Below are positions 25,112-37,329 of a DNA stretch of 64,000 nucleotides, one piece after another. The stretch comes from Prorocentrum cordatum. Taxonomy: Eukaryota. Position 1 is the first letter of the stretch; each line of letters starts with the position of its first letter. Made by a program: the position numbers and the translations under genes. Location of the stretch: positions 2,294,001 through 2,358,000 of the forward strand of contig CAUYUJ010000002.1 in NCBI GenBank assembly GCA_963575745.1. Reading direction: 5' to 3'. The notes under the pieces are model-generated. The model was not told the origin of the DNA, ran no database searches, and worked only from the letters and a program-made list of their open reading frames with translations.

Positions 25112-28100
25112 CACACACACCACCCACGCAACAAAAAAAAATAGCCTGGCGAAGGACCCAACCATATGCAGCTGTGAATACCGTAATAGTGAACATCTTC
25201 TTCGGTGCGGCGCCGCCATGCCAACGCAGCCACTGGGAGCTTCGGTGGAGCTCCCTATGGGGCCACGAAGCGTGTAAGGGGTGTGCCGGCATGGGTGCGG
25301 CGCCGCCATGCGAACGCAGCCACTGGGGCCTTCGGTTGAGCTCCCTATGGGGCCACGAAGCGTGTGAGGGGTGTGCCAAATTGGGTGCGGCCCCACCATG
25401 CGAACGCAGCCACTAGGGCCTTCGGTGGAGCTCCCTATGGGGCCACGAAACGAGGGGTGTGCCAAATTGGGTGCGGCGCCGCCATGCGAACGCAGCCACT
25501 GGGGCCTTCGGTGGAGCTCACCATGGAGCCACGAAACGTGTGAGGGGTGTGCCAAATTTCATGCGGCGCCGCCATGCGAACGCAGCCACTGGGGCCTTCG
25601 GTGGAGCTCCCTATGGGGCCACGAACCTTGAGGGGGTGCTGAAATGGATTGGCCTGCGCCGCCATTGCGAACGCAGCCACTTGGCTTTTTTCGGTGGTCC
25701 CTATGGGGCCACGAAACGTGTGAGGTGTGCCGATTGGGGTGCGGCGCCGGCCATGCCAACGCAGCCCCTGGGGCCTCGGTGGAGCTTCCCTTATGGGGCC
25801 CACGAAACGTGTGAGGGGTGTGCCAATTGGGTGCGGCGCCGCCAATGACGAATGTCGCCACTGGGCCTTCTTTGGATCTCCCTATGCGGCAACGAAACGT
25901 TTGAAGGGTGTGGCCAAATTGGGTGCGGCGCCGCCATGCACGCAGCCACTGGGCATTCGGTGGGGCTCCCTATGGGGCCCACGAAACGTGTGAGGGTTGT
26001 CCAAACCAAGCACGGCGCCGCCATAGCCAACGCCGCCGTGCCACTGGGAGCCTTCGTTGGAGCTCCTCATTGGGCGAGCTCCTCATTGGCCACGAAACGT
26101 GTGAGGGGTGTGCCAGAATGGGGGGTGGAACCGCATGCGGGCGCAGCCACTGGGGCCTTCGGTGGAGCTCCCTATGGGGCCACGATACGTGTGAGGGGTG
26201 TACGGTGTGACAAATTGGTGCGGCGCCGCCATGCTGAACGCAGCGCTGGGGCCTTCGGTGGAGCTCCCTATGGGGCCCACTAAACGTGTGAGGGTGTGCC
26301 AAATTGGTGCGGCGCCGCCCATGCGAACGCGGCCACGGGGGCCTTCGGTTGGAGCTCCCTATGGGCCCGAAACACGCGTGAGGGGTGTGTCAAAATTGTG
26401 GTGCGGCGCCCGCCATGGGCGAACGCAAGCACTGGGCCTTCGGTGGGAGCTCGCCTATGGGGGCCACGACACGTGTGAGGGTGTGCCAATTTGGATGCGG
26501 CGCCGCCAGCGAACGCAGCCACTGGGGCCTTCGGTGGAGCTCCCTATGGGGCCACGAAACGCTTGAGGGGTGTGCCAAATTTGGTGCGGCGCCGCCATGC
26601 GAACGCAGCCACTGGGGCCTTCGGTGGAGCTCCCTATGGGGCCACGAAACGTGTGAGGGGTGTGCCGAAATGTGTGCGGCGCCGCCATGCGAACGCAGCC
26701 ACTGGGGCCTTCGGTGGAGCTCCCTATGGGGCCACGAAACGCGTGAGGGGTGTGCCGTGATAGTGGGAGGAGGTAGGAGGGAGGGGGGAGGAGGCGGAGG
26801 AGGAGGAAGGAAGGAGAGGAGAGGAGAGGAGACGCGGGGCACCGTCTCTTCAAAACGAGGACCCAACACCACAGGATGGTTGGGGAAAAAACGGTGGAAC
26901 GTCCCTGACGTTTCATGAAGTCTTGGAACACGCGAACCTGCAAGGAAGCCCCGGCCGTGCCCCTCCTTGGTCTGCCCCCACGTTGGACGACATCCATGAG
27001 CACCGAAGCTACCTCAAGTATTTTGCGACGTAAGAACTTGCGATGATGCATGCACACATGCACGCCAAATAAGATCTCCCTAAAATTTGATAAGAAACGC
27101 GGGTCGCCCTTCTTGTAGAGATCATGCGCCGCTCCACCTTCCCAAGCTAGAGGCCCCCAACACATGAGTTGAACTTTAACATCAAGGGCAACAGCAATTG
27201 TGCACTAACATCAGGGGCCGCTTTGTAAATGTCATTGGTGGTCAAGTCAGGCCCCGCAGCACGCCTACTCGATGCACTCAGGATGGCCATTCGCAAGGAA
27301 TCAAGCCCCATGATATCGGTTATCTCACGCAACCCTCTCGAACTAAACGCCCTCTGTTGCTTGTTATATGCTTGCCCAAGCTGGCCAACTGAGCATGCTG
27401 TGGCTTTCTCAGCCTTCGCAAAGTGCTGCAGCAAACCTAACGCCGACGCTTCTTGGGAGCCAGGCCCACCGTGCTCATCCATTCCTAAAGGCAATACCCC
27501 GTTGTCCCCCTTTTTCCTGACCCCTCCAAATGCGAGCAAGCACCTTACTGGCCTCCACTCCTCCCTGCCGTACCCCGACTCCGCTGCTTCTTTGACACCT
27601 GCGGCTGTGTCACGCAATACTTCGGTCCAGTCGGCCCGAAGGTTCCTTCTGGGGGCGCCCTGCGATCTCCTCAAGAAGGCAAGCATAGCCTCAGCAATAT
27701 CAGGCATGGTCAAGTCACCTGCCTTCCACAACCTGCACGAAAAGGCCAAGATACCCAAGGCCTCACTAAACCCAGTGAAACTCTCGAGGATTGCTCTAAC
27801 TTCGCGGTCAGTACTGCCAGCAGTGCCCAAAACAGAATCAATCAGGCAATACAACGACCAAGTGTTACAGTCCCTGTACCTCCTGAGGGCCCCCCGAACG
27901 CCGCGACGGAACCGAATGACCCACGCGGTATCATGTTGCACATAATTCTTGAGGGGACCTCGCTGCTTTCTGGCGAAATGCTTGGCAGCACAACGGTGCA
28001 ACCATTCAGTAAACATCCTAAAATGGTCGTACATATCTACAGACCAATGAATTTTTGGACACTGCACCAACTCAGCCGCGAACGCCTCTTGCTTGGCTAA

Positions 28101-28441
28101 GTCCCTGGCACCGCGCACTTCTAACGCTGGTAAATTGCCCTTGGGCACTACAGAGTCCGCCCATTCGAGCCGCACAAAAACTGGATAGTGATCCTGATGC
28201 CTACGATCCACATCTATGTCGTGGCCAACTCCATGCTCACTGATGTGCTCGCGCCAGCACAACGGCACGCAAACGTAATCGATGCGATGCCGCGTACTCT
28301 GCTTAGACTGATACGTGCATGGAGGGGTGGAGGAGGGGGTCCAGGTATCAGCCGCACACAACTGCGCGCGACACAACGGCCCATGGAACATGGCACCGTT
28401 ATCGCCCTCGATATCGGCATGCCCCCCCCCACACACCCACA

Positions 28442-28487
<46 letters not shown>

Positions 28488-28498
28488 ACCCACGCAAC
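23478..28498. repeat. Tandem segmental duplication: 23478-25132 repeated at 26892-28498
   Basis: Near-identical LINE segments differing by scattered substitutions and small indels; both carry the same stop after NSCVGGL (23734 and 27147). Confidence 0.9.
25133..26891 (-). mobile_element. Family A element, hybrid copy (~17 satellite units, indel-rich centre)
   Basis: Left end is near-identical to the 28499 copy; right end (ccgtgatagtgggagg...) is near-identical to the 22081 copy. Confidence 0.75.
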
Positions 28499-29921
28499 AA
28501 AAAAAAATAGCCTGGCGAAGGACCCAACCATATGCAGCTGCGAATACCGTAATAGTGAACATCTTCTTCGGTGCGGCGCCGCCATGCCAACGCAGCCACT
28601 GGGAGCTTCGGTGGAGCTCCCTATGGGGCCACGGAACGTGTAAGGGGTGTGCCGAAATGGGTGCGGCGCCGCCATGCGAACGCAGCCACTGGGGCCTTCG
28701 GTTGAGCTCCCTATGGGGCCACGAAACGTGTGAGGGGTGTGCCGAAATGGGTGCGGCGCCGCCATGCCAACGCAGCCACTGGGGCCTTCGGTGGAGCTCC
28801 CTATGGGGCCACGAAACGTGTGAGGGGTGTGCCAAATTGGGCGCGGCGCCGCCATGCCAACGCAGCCACTGGGGCCTTCGGTGGAGCTCCCTATGGGGCC
28901 ACGAAACGTGTGAGGGGTGTGCCAAATTGGGTGCGGCGCCGCCATGCGAACGCAGCCACTGGGGCCTTCGGTGGAGCTCCCTATGGGGCCACGAAACGTG
29001 TGAGGGGTGTGCAAATTGGGTGCGGCGCCGCCATGCGAACGCAGCCACTGGGCCTTCGGTGGATATGGCCACGAAACTTGTGAGGGGTGTAAATTGGGTG
29101 CGGGCCGCATGCGAAAGCCACGGGGGCCTTGCTCCCTATGGGGCCACGAAACGTGTGAGGGGTGTGCCAAATTGGGTGCGGCGCCGCCATGCGAACGCAG
29201 CCATTGGGGCCTTCGGTGGAGCTCCCTATGGGGCCACGAAACGTGTGAGGGGTGTGCCAAATTGGGTGTGGCGCCGCCATGCGAACGCAGCCACTGGGGC
29301 CTTCGGTGGAGCTCCCTATGGGGCCACGAAACGTGTGAGGGGTGTGCCGAGATGGGGTGCGGCGCCGCCATGCGAACGCAGCCACTGGGGCCTTCGGTGG
29401 AGTTCCCTATGGGGCCACGAAACGTGTGAGGGGTGTGCCGAATTGGGTGCGGCGCCGCCATGCGAACGCAGCCACTGGGGCCTTCGGTGGAGCTCCTATG
29501 GGCCACGAAACGTGTGAGGGGTGTGCCAAATTGGGTGCGGCGCCGCCATGCGAACGCAGCCACTGGGGCCTTCGGTGGAGCTCCCTATGGGGCCACGAAA
29601 CGTGTGAGGGGTGTGCCAAATTGGGTGCGGCGCCGCCATGCGAACGCAGCCACTGGGGCCTTCGGTGGAGCTCCCTATGGGGCCACGAAACGTATGAGGG
29701 TGTGCCAAATTGGGTGCGGCGCCGCCATGCGAACGCAGCCACTGGGGCCTTCGGTGGAGCTCCCTATGGGGCCACGAAACGTGTGAGGGGTGTGCCAAAT
29801 TGGGTGCGGTGACGAGGGAGGGGGCAGCGGGAGGAAGGAAGGAAGGAGAGGAGAGGAGAGGAGACGCGGGGCACCGTCTCTTCAAAACGAGGACCCAACA
29901 CCACAGGATGGTCGGGAAAAA
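28499..29921 (-). mobile_element. Family A element with 90-bp satellite (~14 units)
   Basis: Same termini; period 90 bp (ctatggggcc at 28801, 28891, 28981); inserted in the APE domain between DANSRLG and EGDNG. Confidence 0.75.
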
Positions 29922-30420
29922 TTGCCTAAACGAGAGTTCGCATCAGCAGGAACGATATCTACGCCATATCTTGTCATAACTTCCTCTGCCGCTTGCCACC
30001 ACTCCTTGCGGTTACGGCGGGGGGCCTCGGGACAGGGGGCATGGCAGACCATCGCAACAACCTGCCGAAACGGCGCGCTGATCCTCGCTACGAGCCACCT
30101 TGGGCACGCATCGACAGCATGGCAAAAGCGGGCTTAAGCAATACATCTTCCCCATTTCGCCTAGCATACGGAATGTGGCAACTAACCCATAACTCACACC
30201 CCAAGTTATCCCCCTTCTCTGCGCCTGAAGCTAAGCAATAATAGTTATCAGCCATGCGACCACTGCGAGGGGTCCGAGCTTCCTGCGCGCCTATCATCAA
30301 AGCCCCTGCCTCCGAGAACCTTTGCCGATGCTGTTGCCCCCTCAGGATTGCTTTATCACCTTTAACAAAGTCCTGATCAGTCTCTGCGTTGTACGAAACG
30401 AGTAACAATTTGCGCAGCAC
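29922..30420 (-). pseudogene. APE endonuclease, N-terminal part (C-terminal part at ~28150-28420, duplicated at ~24730-25000)
   Basis: LLVSYNAET, IGAQEART, GCELWVS, DANSRLG; then GDNG, HRIDYVCVP, QDHYPV. Confidence 0.85.
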
Positions 30421-30674
30421 CACCGTTGCAGGACGCTCTTGGTCAAGCTCTTGTTGCCCAAAGGTCCCCGGGGCCGACAGCAAAAAAAATCCAGTTGCCG
30501 TCCTCTGGGCAATGCTGGGCCTGATCAGGGAGCCTAAACGAATGATCATCGTCAAAGGGAAACTGCTACCTTTCACATGGTTTAAGCTCTGCAACCCATT
30601 GCCATGCCAACTCAGGCGAGTAAAACAGCTCTCTGGCGATGCCACGGCGTGCACAATCGCATTCGAATGCGAGG

Positions 30675-31135
30675 GTTGATTTGGCCACTCCATCTGCCAT
30701 CTCGTTCCAACAAGTACGATAGTGCCCATCTACATGCATGATGTGCAACCTCACACTTGCCCTGGCAAGCTCGTACAAATGTCGAGCCAACGCTGCCAGC
30801 CCAGGCTCAGCATCTGCCACTGCCAATCCTAAAGTCAAACTGATGGCGACCTCAGAGTCAGACATGATATACACTTCTGCGGGGGGAGCAGCAACGTCAC
30901 ACGAGGGGGCACACTTCCCTATGACCCACACCAAAGCCCAAGTAATGCATACACGTTCGGCTGTCGCACTGCTGATTCGCTTCTTGAGCTGAAAACCCAT
31001 GGTGATATGAACACGCCCTGCAATAAACTCCATGACACAAACTTCCCCTTCCCCATTGATGCATATGCCGATCAAAGCCCAACCACTCTGGTCCTTTTCT
31101 TCGGGGACCGAGCCGTCCGTGCACAAGACGACGCG
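30675..31135 (-). pseudogene. RNase H domain located upstream of the APE domain
   Basis: VVLCTDGS..SGWA, SSATAE, YIMSDSE, HVDGH..WNEMADGVAK in ORF 30566..31393. Confidence 0.85.
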
Positions 31136-31389
31136 CTGTGGCGGTTGCTCCACCTGGGGAGACACCTGCAGCGCGAACCTGGCCACATCCTCAAGCTCGA
31201 CGTCCCCTACATCGGTCAAGAATGCCAGCTGTGAGCCAAACCGATCCAGGCATCTGATGACACGGGCGGCCCCAGGAAACTCACACCCGACGTGGCCTTC
31301 GGTTGGAGCAATCAGGGTATTCAAACTTATGGTCATGTTTGGTGCAGGTTGGGCCTGAGAGCTGGATGTGCTGGAGGCCCCGTCAAGTG

Positions 31390-33543
31390 TCAAACAAGCA
31401 TCGGGCTGGAACTCCCGGACCCCCCCCCAGTGACCCGCCGCTCCCCCCGATTGGTATGCTGATGCAGAGTGGCTACAGTGAGAGCTGATGCACCAAGATC
31501 CGTCGGCGCACCCTCAGACTGCTGCAATCGAGTGAAAGAGCGAACGTCCTCCTCCCAGGCGCCCGAACCCCAACCCGCGTCGTCGACGGCCGCCTGTTGC
31601 CGATGCCCAGGTCCAGACGCGGCATTCTGAACTAATGTGCTTGCTGCAGTGCTGCCTGCAGCTGGCGAGACGTTAAAAGTGGAGCGACACATGTCGCCTG
31701 AGCGGGTGAGGGAGTCCCCAACAGCCAGCCTCTGCAGCAAACTCGTATCTGCAAGCTCATCAGGCACTACGGCCTCCGTGGCCGCTTGATCGCCCTCTGG
31801 CTCATGCTGCTCCACTTGAGCAACTGCTGGCGGCGGTTCGACTCCTTCCGTCGCTCCCCCAAAACCCAGGGCCCCATCATTAGCACTCCCGCTTGACGGT
31901 GCCTCTGGCCCCACAGATGGTGCCGCGGGATCGTGAGAGTGCAGTTCGGATGCCCAAAAAGCGTCTGACCCACGCTTGGCACGCACGAAATCTTCGTTAC
32001 TCAAATATGGCCGCCCTCGGGAGCTCATTCGCAACATGTGGCGTGCACGGCATACTGCGCCAAAAGCATCGCGCACGTGCGAACTCCAGGCGGCAACTTT
32101 CATGCGCAACAATATTTTGACACGACGAACATACGCACGACGCTCATCATTAGCAAGCGCCCATACATCTGCACAAATCTCACGTGCCAAATCGTATCGC
32201 GCCTGCCAAGATGGGGCAAGCGGCGCCAAAACACGGCTGGTAGCTATCTGCACCCCGACCTTCTCTACACAGAAACGCAACCAATCGGCACACGCAAATT
32301 CGGCATCCCACGCGGCCGTCACACCTGACCACGGGCAGCATCGCCTAGACAAGACCCTGGCTAGCACATGTGCGGCGTGGTTGGCCTGCTGTGCGCCTGG
32401 CCTCTCAGGCGGCCTATTGTACGGACCCATCCCCAACCCAGTACCGAACGAGCTCCCCCCCTCCTTCAATAGACTGTGCAAGCTGGCACCATTGGCGCTC
32501 GCTGATGGCACTGCAACCTACCTGGGGCCACTCATGGTCAAGCAGGCCTGCAAACGCAACAGCATGAGCGGGCCTATCGCAACTAGAACGCTGAGACAAG
32601 ATACTGCTGCTGGCTGCTTCGTGCATATCGTGAAACGACCCACATACGCTACTCACAACATGCAACGACTGAACACTCACTACTACTTGCTGCCGTGCGT
32701 CTTGGTGGGGGCCCCAGGCTTTGCAATCAACCTGGGCTCCTTGCGAGGCGGCGACTTCACCTCGGCGTCCTCTAATTTGGCGGCACCAAACTCCTCTTTC
32801 ACTGGCATGCCAATCGCCTCGGCCTGCTTCACTGGCCTGGGCATGGCCACTGGCGAAGTAGCGCTGATTCCCATATCCACTGGCTGAACATACTCCTGCT
32901 GCGTGTCGATCATCTGCGTAGGTGAGCACACTGGTGTTGGAGGCGGCAAAGGCACCTCCTCCTTCGGCTCCATGAATGCTGGACTCGTAGGCGCGGGAAC
33001 CTCTGCTGGCACCTGTTCGCTCTGCGTGCCCGCGAACGGCCTCCCTGGCGTAGGGCACCCTGTGACCAATGATGGCGTATTCGGCGCCTGTAACGGCGAC
33101 CTTGCTGCTGGCGTCGGTGTCCACTGCCTTGGAGGAATCGTCGAGCCCGGCGCAGCAGGTGCTGGCACTGCTGCTGGCGTCGCTGGTGCTGGAAGCCCTG
33201 TCCCCCCAGGCGGCGGCGGTGGAAACTCTGGCGGCGCCAACGGTGGGGCATGAAACCCCACACTCGCACTGGCTGCCGCGCCCGCTGGTGGCATGAGGCT
33301 CGGCCTTCCACCCTGCGGCGCAGCTGCCGCCCCAGCGCTTTGCCCTGCTGCTATCTGCGCCGGCATCCCGATCATGGAGTCGCACTGCTGCTGGCTCTGC
33401 GCCATCTGGTACATGATACACTTCATCTCGTGGAGCTCCTGATTGATCAGCTGCTGCTGCTGAGGCTGGCCCACGCGCGGCTCCTCCTCCTCCTCCTCCT
33501 CCTCCTCCTCCTCCTCCTCCTCCTCCAACCGCAGCCCCCGCAC
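31390..33543 (-). pseudogene. ORF1-like or N-terminal region of the methyltransferase LINE
   Basis: Two long same-strand ORFs (32683..33543, Gln/Pro-rich; 31390..32511) directly upstream of RNase H; no recognised domain. Confidence 0.45.
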
Positions 33544-34204
33544 GCGTCTGGCTCAGAGTCGCGTGACCACCGGGGCTGCGGAACGTTGGGCACGGGCCAC
33601 CGGCCGTCTGCTGAGAGCCCCGGCTTGCCCAGCTCCTCTCGGACTTGTCCAGCTCGCGGCCCTCTGCGGCTGGCTCTGTTGCCGCGGCATCTGCCCCTGT
33701 GCGCCCTCCCGTGGCTGACCCCACCCAGCGTCGTGATGTCTCGCGTTGCTTTCGGAGCAGCTCCCGCGCGCTCTCTCCGCCTCGGCCTTGGGCGTGCCGC
33801 GGCTCGCCGCTCCGCCTCCTCCTCCTCGATCTCTGCTCCCCAGAGGATCGACCTCCATGGCCGCCGGGGCCTCCTCGGGGGCCAGACTCGCCGGCGCTGC
33901 CGAAAGTGCTTGGCTGGGGCCTGGCCACTGGCCCCTCCGGCTGCATGGGCCGTCTGTGCACTGCAGGGTATCCGACAAGCTTGCCGGCGGTGCGGGAAGG
34001 GGAGGGGGCGGTCTCGCCGTATCTGAGTTAGGAATACGAGTTGAGTCAGATCAATAATGAGTCCAGGGGCCACAGTCCAAAATACAGGTTTCGTATGGGA
34101 CTTCCTGAAAGACGGACGGTTTCCGGCGCGGTTTCTTCAGATTTCTTGGGGGGCGGCTTCCGCTTAGTTCACGCTGCGTGTCTCCTTCTGTGGTTGGGTC
34201 CTGG

Positions 34205-34930
34205 TTCCGAATCCTCCTGTGTGTTGGGTTTTTGTTTTGAATAGGGCATTGTTGACCCCACATCCTCTCTCCTCTCCTCCCCCTCCTTCTCCCCCCCCTC
34301 TTCCTGCCTCCTCCTCCTCCTCCTGCGCTGCCCCCTGCGTGGCTGCGAACTGCGCAATTGTCGTCACGTTCGTGGGCTCCTGGCAGGTCCAGCGGAGTCG
34401 AGGGCCATCGAGACTTTGCAGCTCCCTGGGTGGCTGCGATCTGTTCAACTGTCGCCACTTTCGTGGGCTCCTGGAAGGCACGGCGGAACAGAGGAGTACC
34501 CGAGACCTCGCTGTTCCCTGGGCGGCTACGAAGTATGCAATTGTCTCCACCTCTTGTGGGCTCCTGGGAGGCGCGGCGGAGTAGTGGAGTACCTGAGACC
34601 TTGCAGCTCCTAGGGTGGTTGCGAACTGCGCAATTGTCGCCATGTCCGTGGGCTCCTAGGAGGCGCGGCAGAGTAGCGGAGCACCCGAGACCTCGCAGTT
34701 CCTTGGGTGGTTGCGCATTGCGAAATTGTCTCATTTTCGTGGGCTCCTGGGAGGCGCGGCGGAGTTGCGGAGTATTCGAGACCTCGCAGCTCCTAGGGTG
34801 GTTGCGAACTGCGCAATTGTCGCCACTTCCGTGGGCTCGTGGGAGGTCCAGCGGAGTCGGGGGGCCATGCGCACCGAGACGGGACCTCAGCTGCGAACTG
34901 CTCAGCTGTCACCACGTTTGTGGTTTCGTG
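34205..34930 (+). mobile_element. Family A-related terminus with CT tract and ~91-bp satellite (~7 units)
   Basis: tcctcctgtgtgttgggtttttgttttgaa resembles the family A end; tgcgaactgcgcaattgtcg recurs every ~91 bp from 34345 to 34892; distal end not identified. Confidence 0.55.
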
Positions 34931-35319
34931 GGCGCCTGGGGGGCACGGCGGCGACGACGGCAACCTTGATCGTGCATGTTTGGCGATGTGTTCTCTTGAA
35001 GTTAACTCCCCCGTTTGCCGCATGCCTTAACGGAGAACCCGCCCGAGCTGCGGGCCCATGAAGCGCTCGTCGTTCAAGGGAGACGCTCCGCACAATGAAA
35101 AGGTATGACTTCTAGGCGCTAGTGAGGAGGGAATTACATCCTCGTTGATACATCTCAGGTTTATCCGTACGGGCTTCGCCTCCTGCCGCTGGCCCCCTCC
35201 CTGTCAGAATGGGATATATCAGAGTCGAGTCGGTGCGTCTCGGCGCTGCCTTGGCGCATCTGGGAACATCATGCGGGGGCAGATAGGAATCATCAGAGCA
35301 TGTTGAGACGTTGGCGTTA

Positions 35320-36223
35320 TCGAAGACGCCTACGGCGAATCACCGCCGCCCCCTGCCTTTGTCGAAGCGCCTATGTGGCCGAACGTTGAGGCCAGACCTG
35401 CCAAGCTATTGGACCATGTGTTCCCCGAATCGGTTTGGAAAGCCTTCGGGGAACACGTGGGCATCTTGAAGGTCATCTTGGCCGCTTGGAGGCCATTTTG
35501 ACTCTTTCGTGCCTTCTTGGAGGACGTCTTGGAGGGCTCGTGGGCTGCCTTGTGGACCATCTTGAGCGTCTTGGAGGCCTCTTGGGCCGTCTTGGGGGCC
35601 TCTTGGGGCCGTCTTGGGCACTTCTTGGGCCGTTCTGGGGCCATCTTGGAGGCCTCTTGGGCGATCCTTGGGCGATCTCTGGGAACTCTTGGGCCGTATC
35701 GGGCCGTCGGAAGGCCGAAACGAAGCAAATGTCAAAATCCTTCAAACACCTTAGGAACATCACTCTTTTTGGCCTTTTTCTGGCCTTCTTTTCGGCCCTC
35801 TTGGAGGCCTCTTGGGCCGTCTGGGGCCAGCTGCGAGCCACCTTCGGCCATCTTGGTGGGCTCCTGGCCCGTCTGACGCCGTCGGAAGCCGTTTCGGGGG
35901 CCTTTCTGGGCCGACTTGGGGCACTCTTGGGGTGCTCCAGGGCCGTCTTAGAGGCCATCTTGGGCGTCTTCGAGGCCTCTTGGGCCGTCTTGGCGCCGTC
36001 TTGGATGCATCTCGGGGCCATCTTAGCCGTCTTGGAGGCATCTTGCAGGCCATCTTGGGCCATCTTCGCGATTTTGTGAGAATGTCCCGAGCGAAACGGC
36101 CGTTTCTGGCGATGGCAACCGGGTCTTCCGGGTACCCGTCGGGACGGGCCGAAGCCCCAGGGGGAGTTCTTTTGGAAAAATAACCAAAACCAAAACCATA
36201 TAGCTTGGCACGCCGGGCACCCC
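35320..36223 (-). mobile_element. Family B Helentron/DINE-like unit, cut by a LINE insertion
   Basis: Begins tcgaagacgcctacggcgaatcaccgccgccccctg like the units at 42191-47250; stops at gggcaccc, the left arm of the terminal hairpin. Confidence 0.7.
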
Positions 36224-36249
36224 TTTGGCTCAAGCGATTTTGGCTCAAG
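36224..36249 (+). other. Two tandem spliced-leader relics
   Basis: tttggctcaag + cgattttggctcaag versus SL 3' part CCATTTTGGCTCAAG (11/11 and 14/15). Confidence 0.9.
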
Positions 36250-36341
36250 CAAGTGATCTGGCGCGAGTGATAGCTCTATCAGTGGGTAATCCACGGTGCG
36301 AGCCCCGTGCCCCCAGGCAGTACGCCTACACCCCACCCAAC

Positions 36342-37268
36342 ATGTCGCAATGGGCTGGGCAGCAAAGCTCGTCGCAGTCGTGGCAGGATTCGTGGTGGCA
36401 GTGCGGTGCATGCAGCGGTTGGAACCAATACGCCGTCAAGAAATGCAAACGTTGCGGACTCGAGAAGAGTTGGGCGCAGTCGGTCGCCCCACAGGACAGC
36501 CCGGATTTGGACACCACCCAGGCCACCTACAACAAGGGGAAGGAGAAGGCCATCGAGCGGGCCACGCACGTCGGCAAGATCAAGCAGCTCGAGGCCGCAC
36601 TGGCAGCACTGCCAGAGACCGACCCCTCCTTCGCGCAGGCCCAGGGGGTGCTCGCAGCGCAGCTCACGGCCGAATAGAAGGCAGTGACCGCGACGAAACC
36701 CATCGCCACCCACATCGAAGGCTGCCAGCAGGCCCTCGAACGTGCGCATGCCCGGGTTGCACGACATCAGCAGGCCCTTGTGGAGGCCACCGCCGGTATC
36801 CAGAAGGAGCAGACGAGCATCTAGGAGATGGAGGCCGAGCTCGCGAAGCTGCAGTGCCAGGTCGCCTCCCCGGAGGCTGCGTCACCAGTCGACTCGATTC
36901 AGGCGGCCTCAACGGCGTTGTCTGCGCTGATCGGCGACATGAAGTCGTCCTCCGCCGTGCCGGATGTCCACGTCCAGCAGGCGCAGCAGCAGATCAGCGT
37001 CCTCCTCGACGGGATCCAGAAGAGTGCGGCCGCTGCGCAGACCGCCGTGCCCAAGCCAGCCCCGGCGGAGCCCCCCGACTCCGTGATGGTTGTCCCGCCG
37101 CTGAAGCCTGCGACGCGCCCTCTGGAGCACGCCGGGCAGCCTCAGCAGCCGGCGCGCCGACCACCGTTGAAGCAGAAGACCGCGGCATCCGAGGCGCCAC
37201 AGTACCCCCTCGGAGCCGAACCCCAACCGGTGTTCCCTCAGGCAGCAGCGGCCTCAGGAGGGGGGTAG
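36342..37268 (+). pseudogene. LINE ORF1 with RanBP2-type zinc finger and coiled coil; two in-frame TAG stops
   Basis: WQCGACSGWNQYAVKKCKRCG fits W-x-C-x2-C-x3-N-x6-C-x2-C; stops at 36675 and 36822 in one continuous frame. Confidence 0.75.
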
Positions 37269-37329
37269 CACCGCCCTCGGGATGCACAGGTGGTGGCGTA
37301 CCCTGGAAGCGTGGACATAGCCGCGGCGT

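Larger units (their letters stand above)
19243..34030 (-). mobile_element. Degenerate LINE with RNase H - APE - RT - Zn finger - cytosine methyltransferase, interrupted by family A elements and a tandem duplication
   Basis: Collinear motifs on the minus strand (see sub-features). The RT motif reads through the 22081-23477 insertion, and the APE domain continues on both sides of the 28499-29921 insertion. The 5' boundary is approximate. Confidence 0.8.

Noticed and set aside
22140..29810. 90-bp arrays (and the 102-bp array) as CRISPR
   Set aside because: Whole units repeat with no unique spacers; no cas genes; eukaryotic context.
34020..34085. Decayed SL relics at the 5' end of the methyltransferase LINE
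   Set aside because: tgag-like words are spaced ~17 bp apart, but identity to cttgagccaaaatgg is too low to support.
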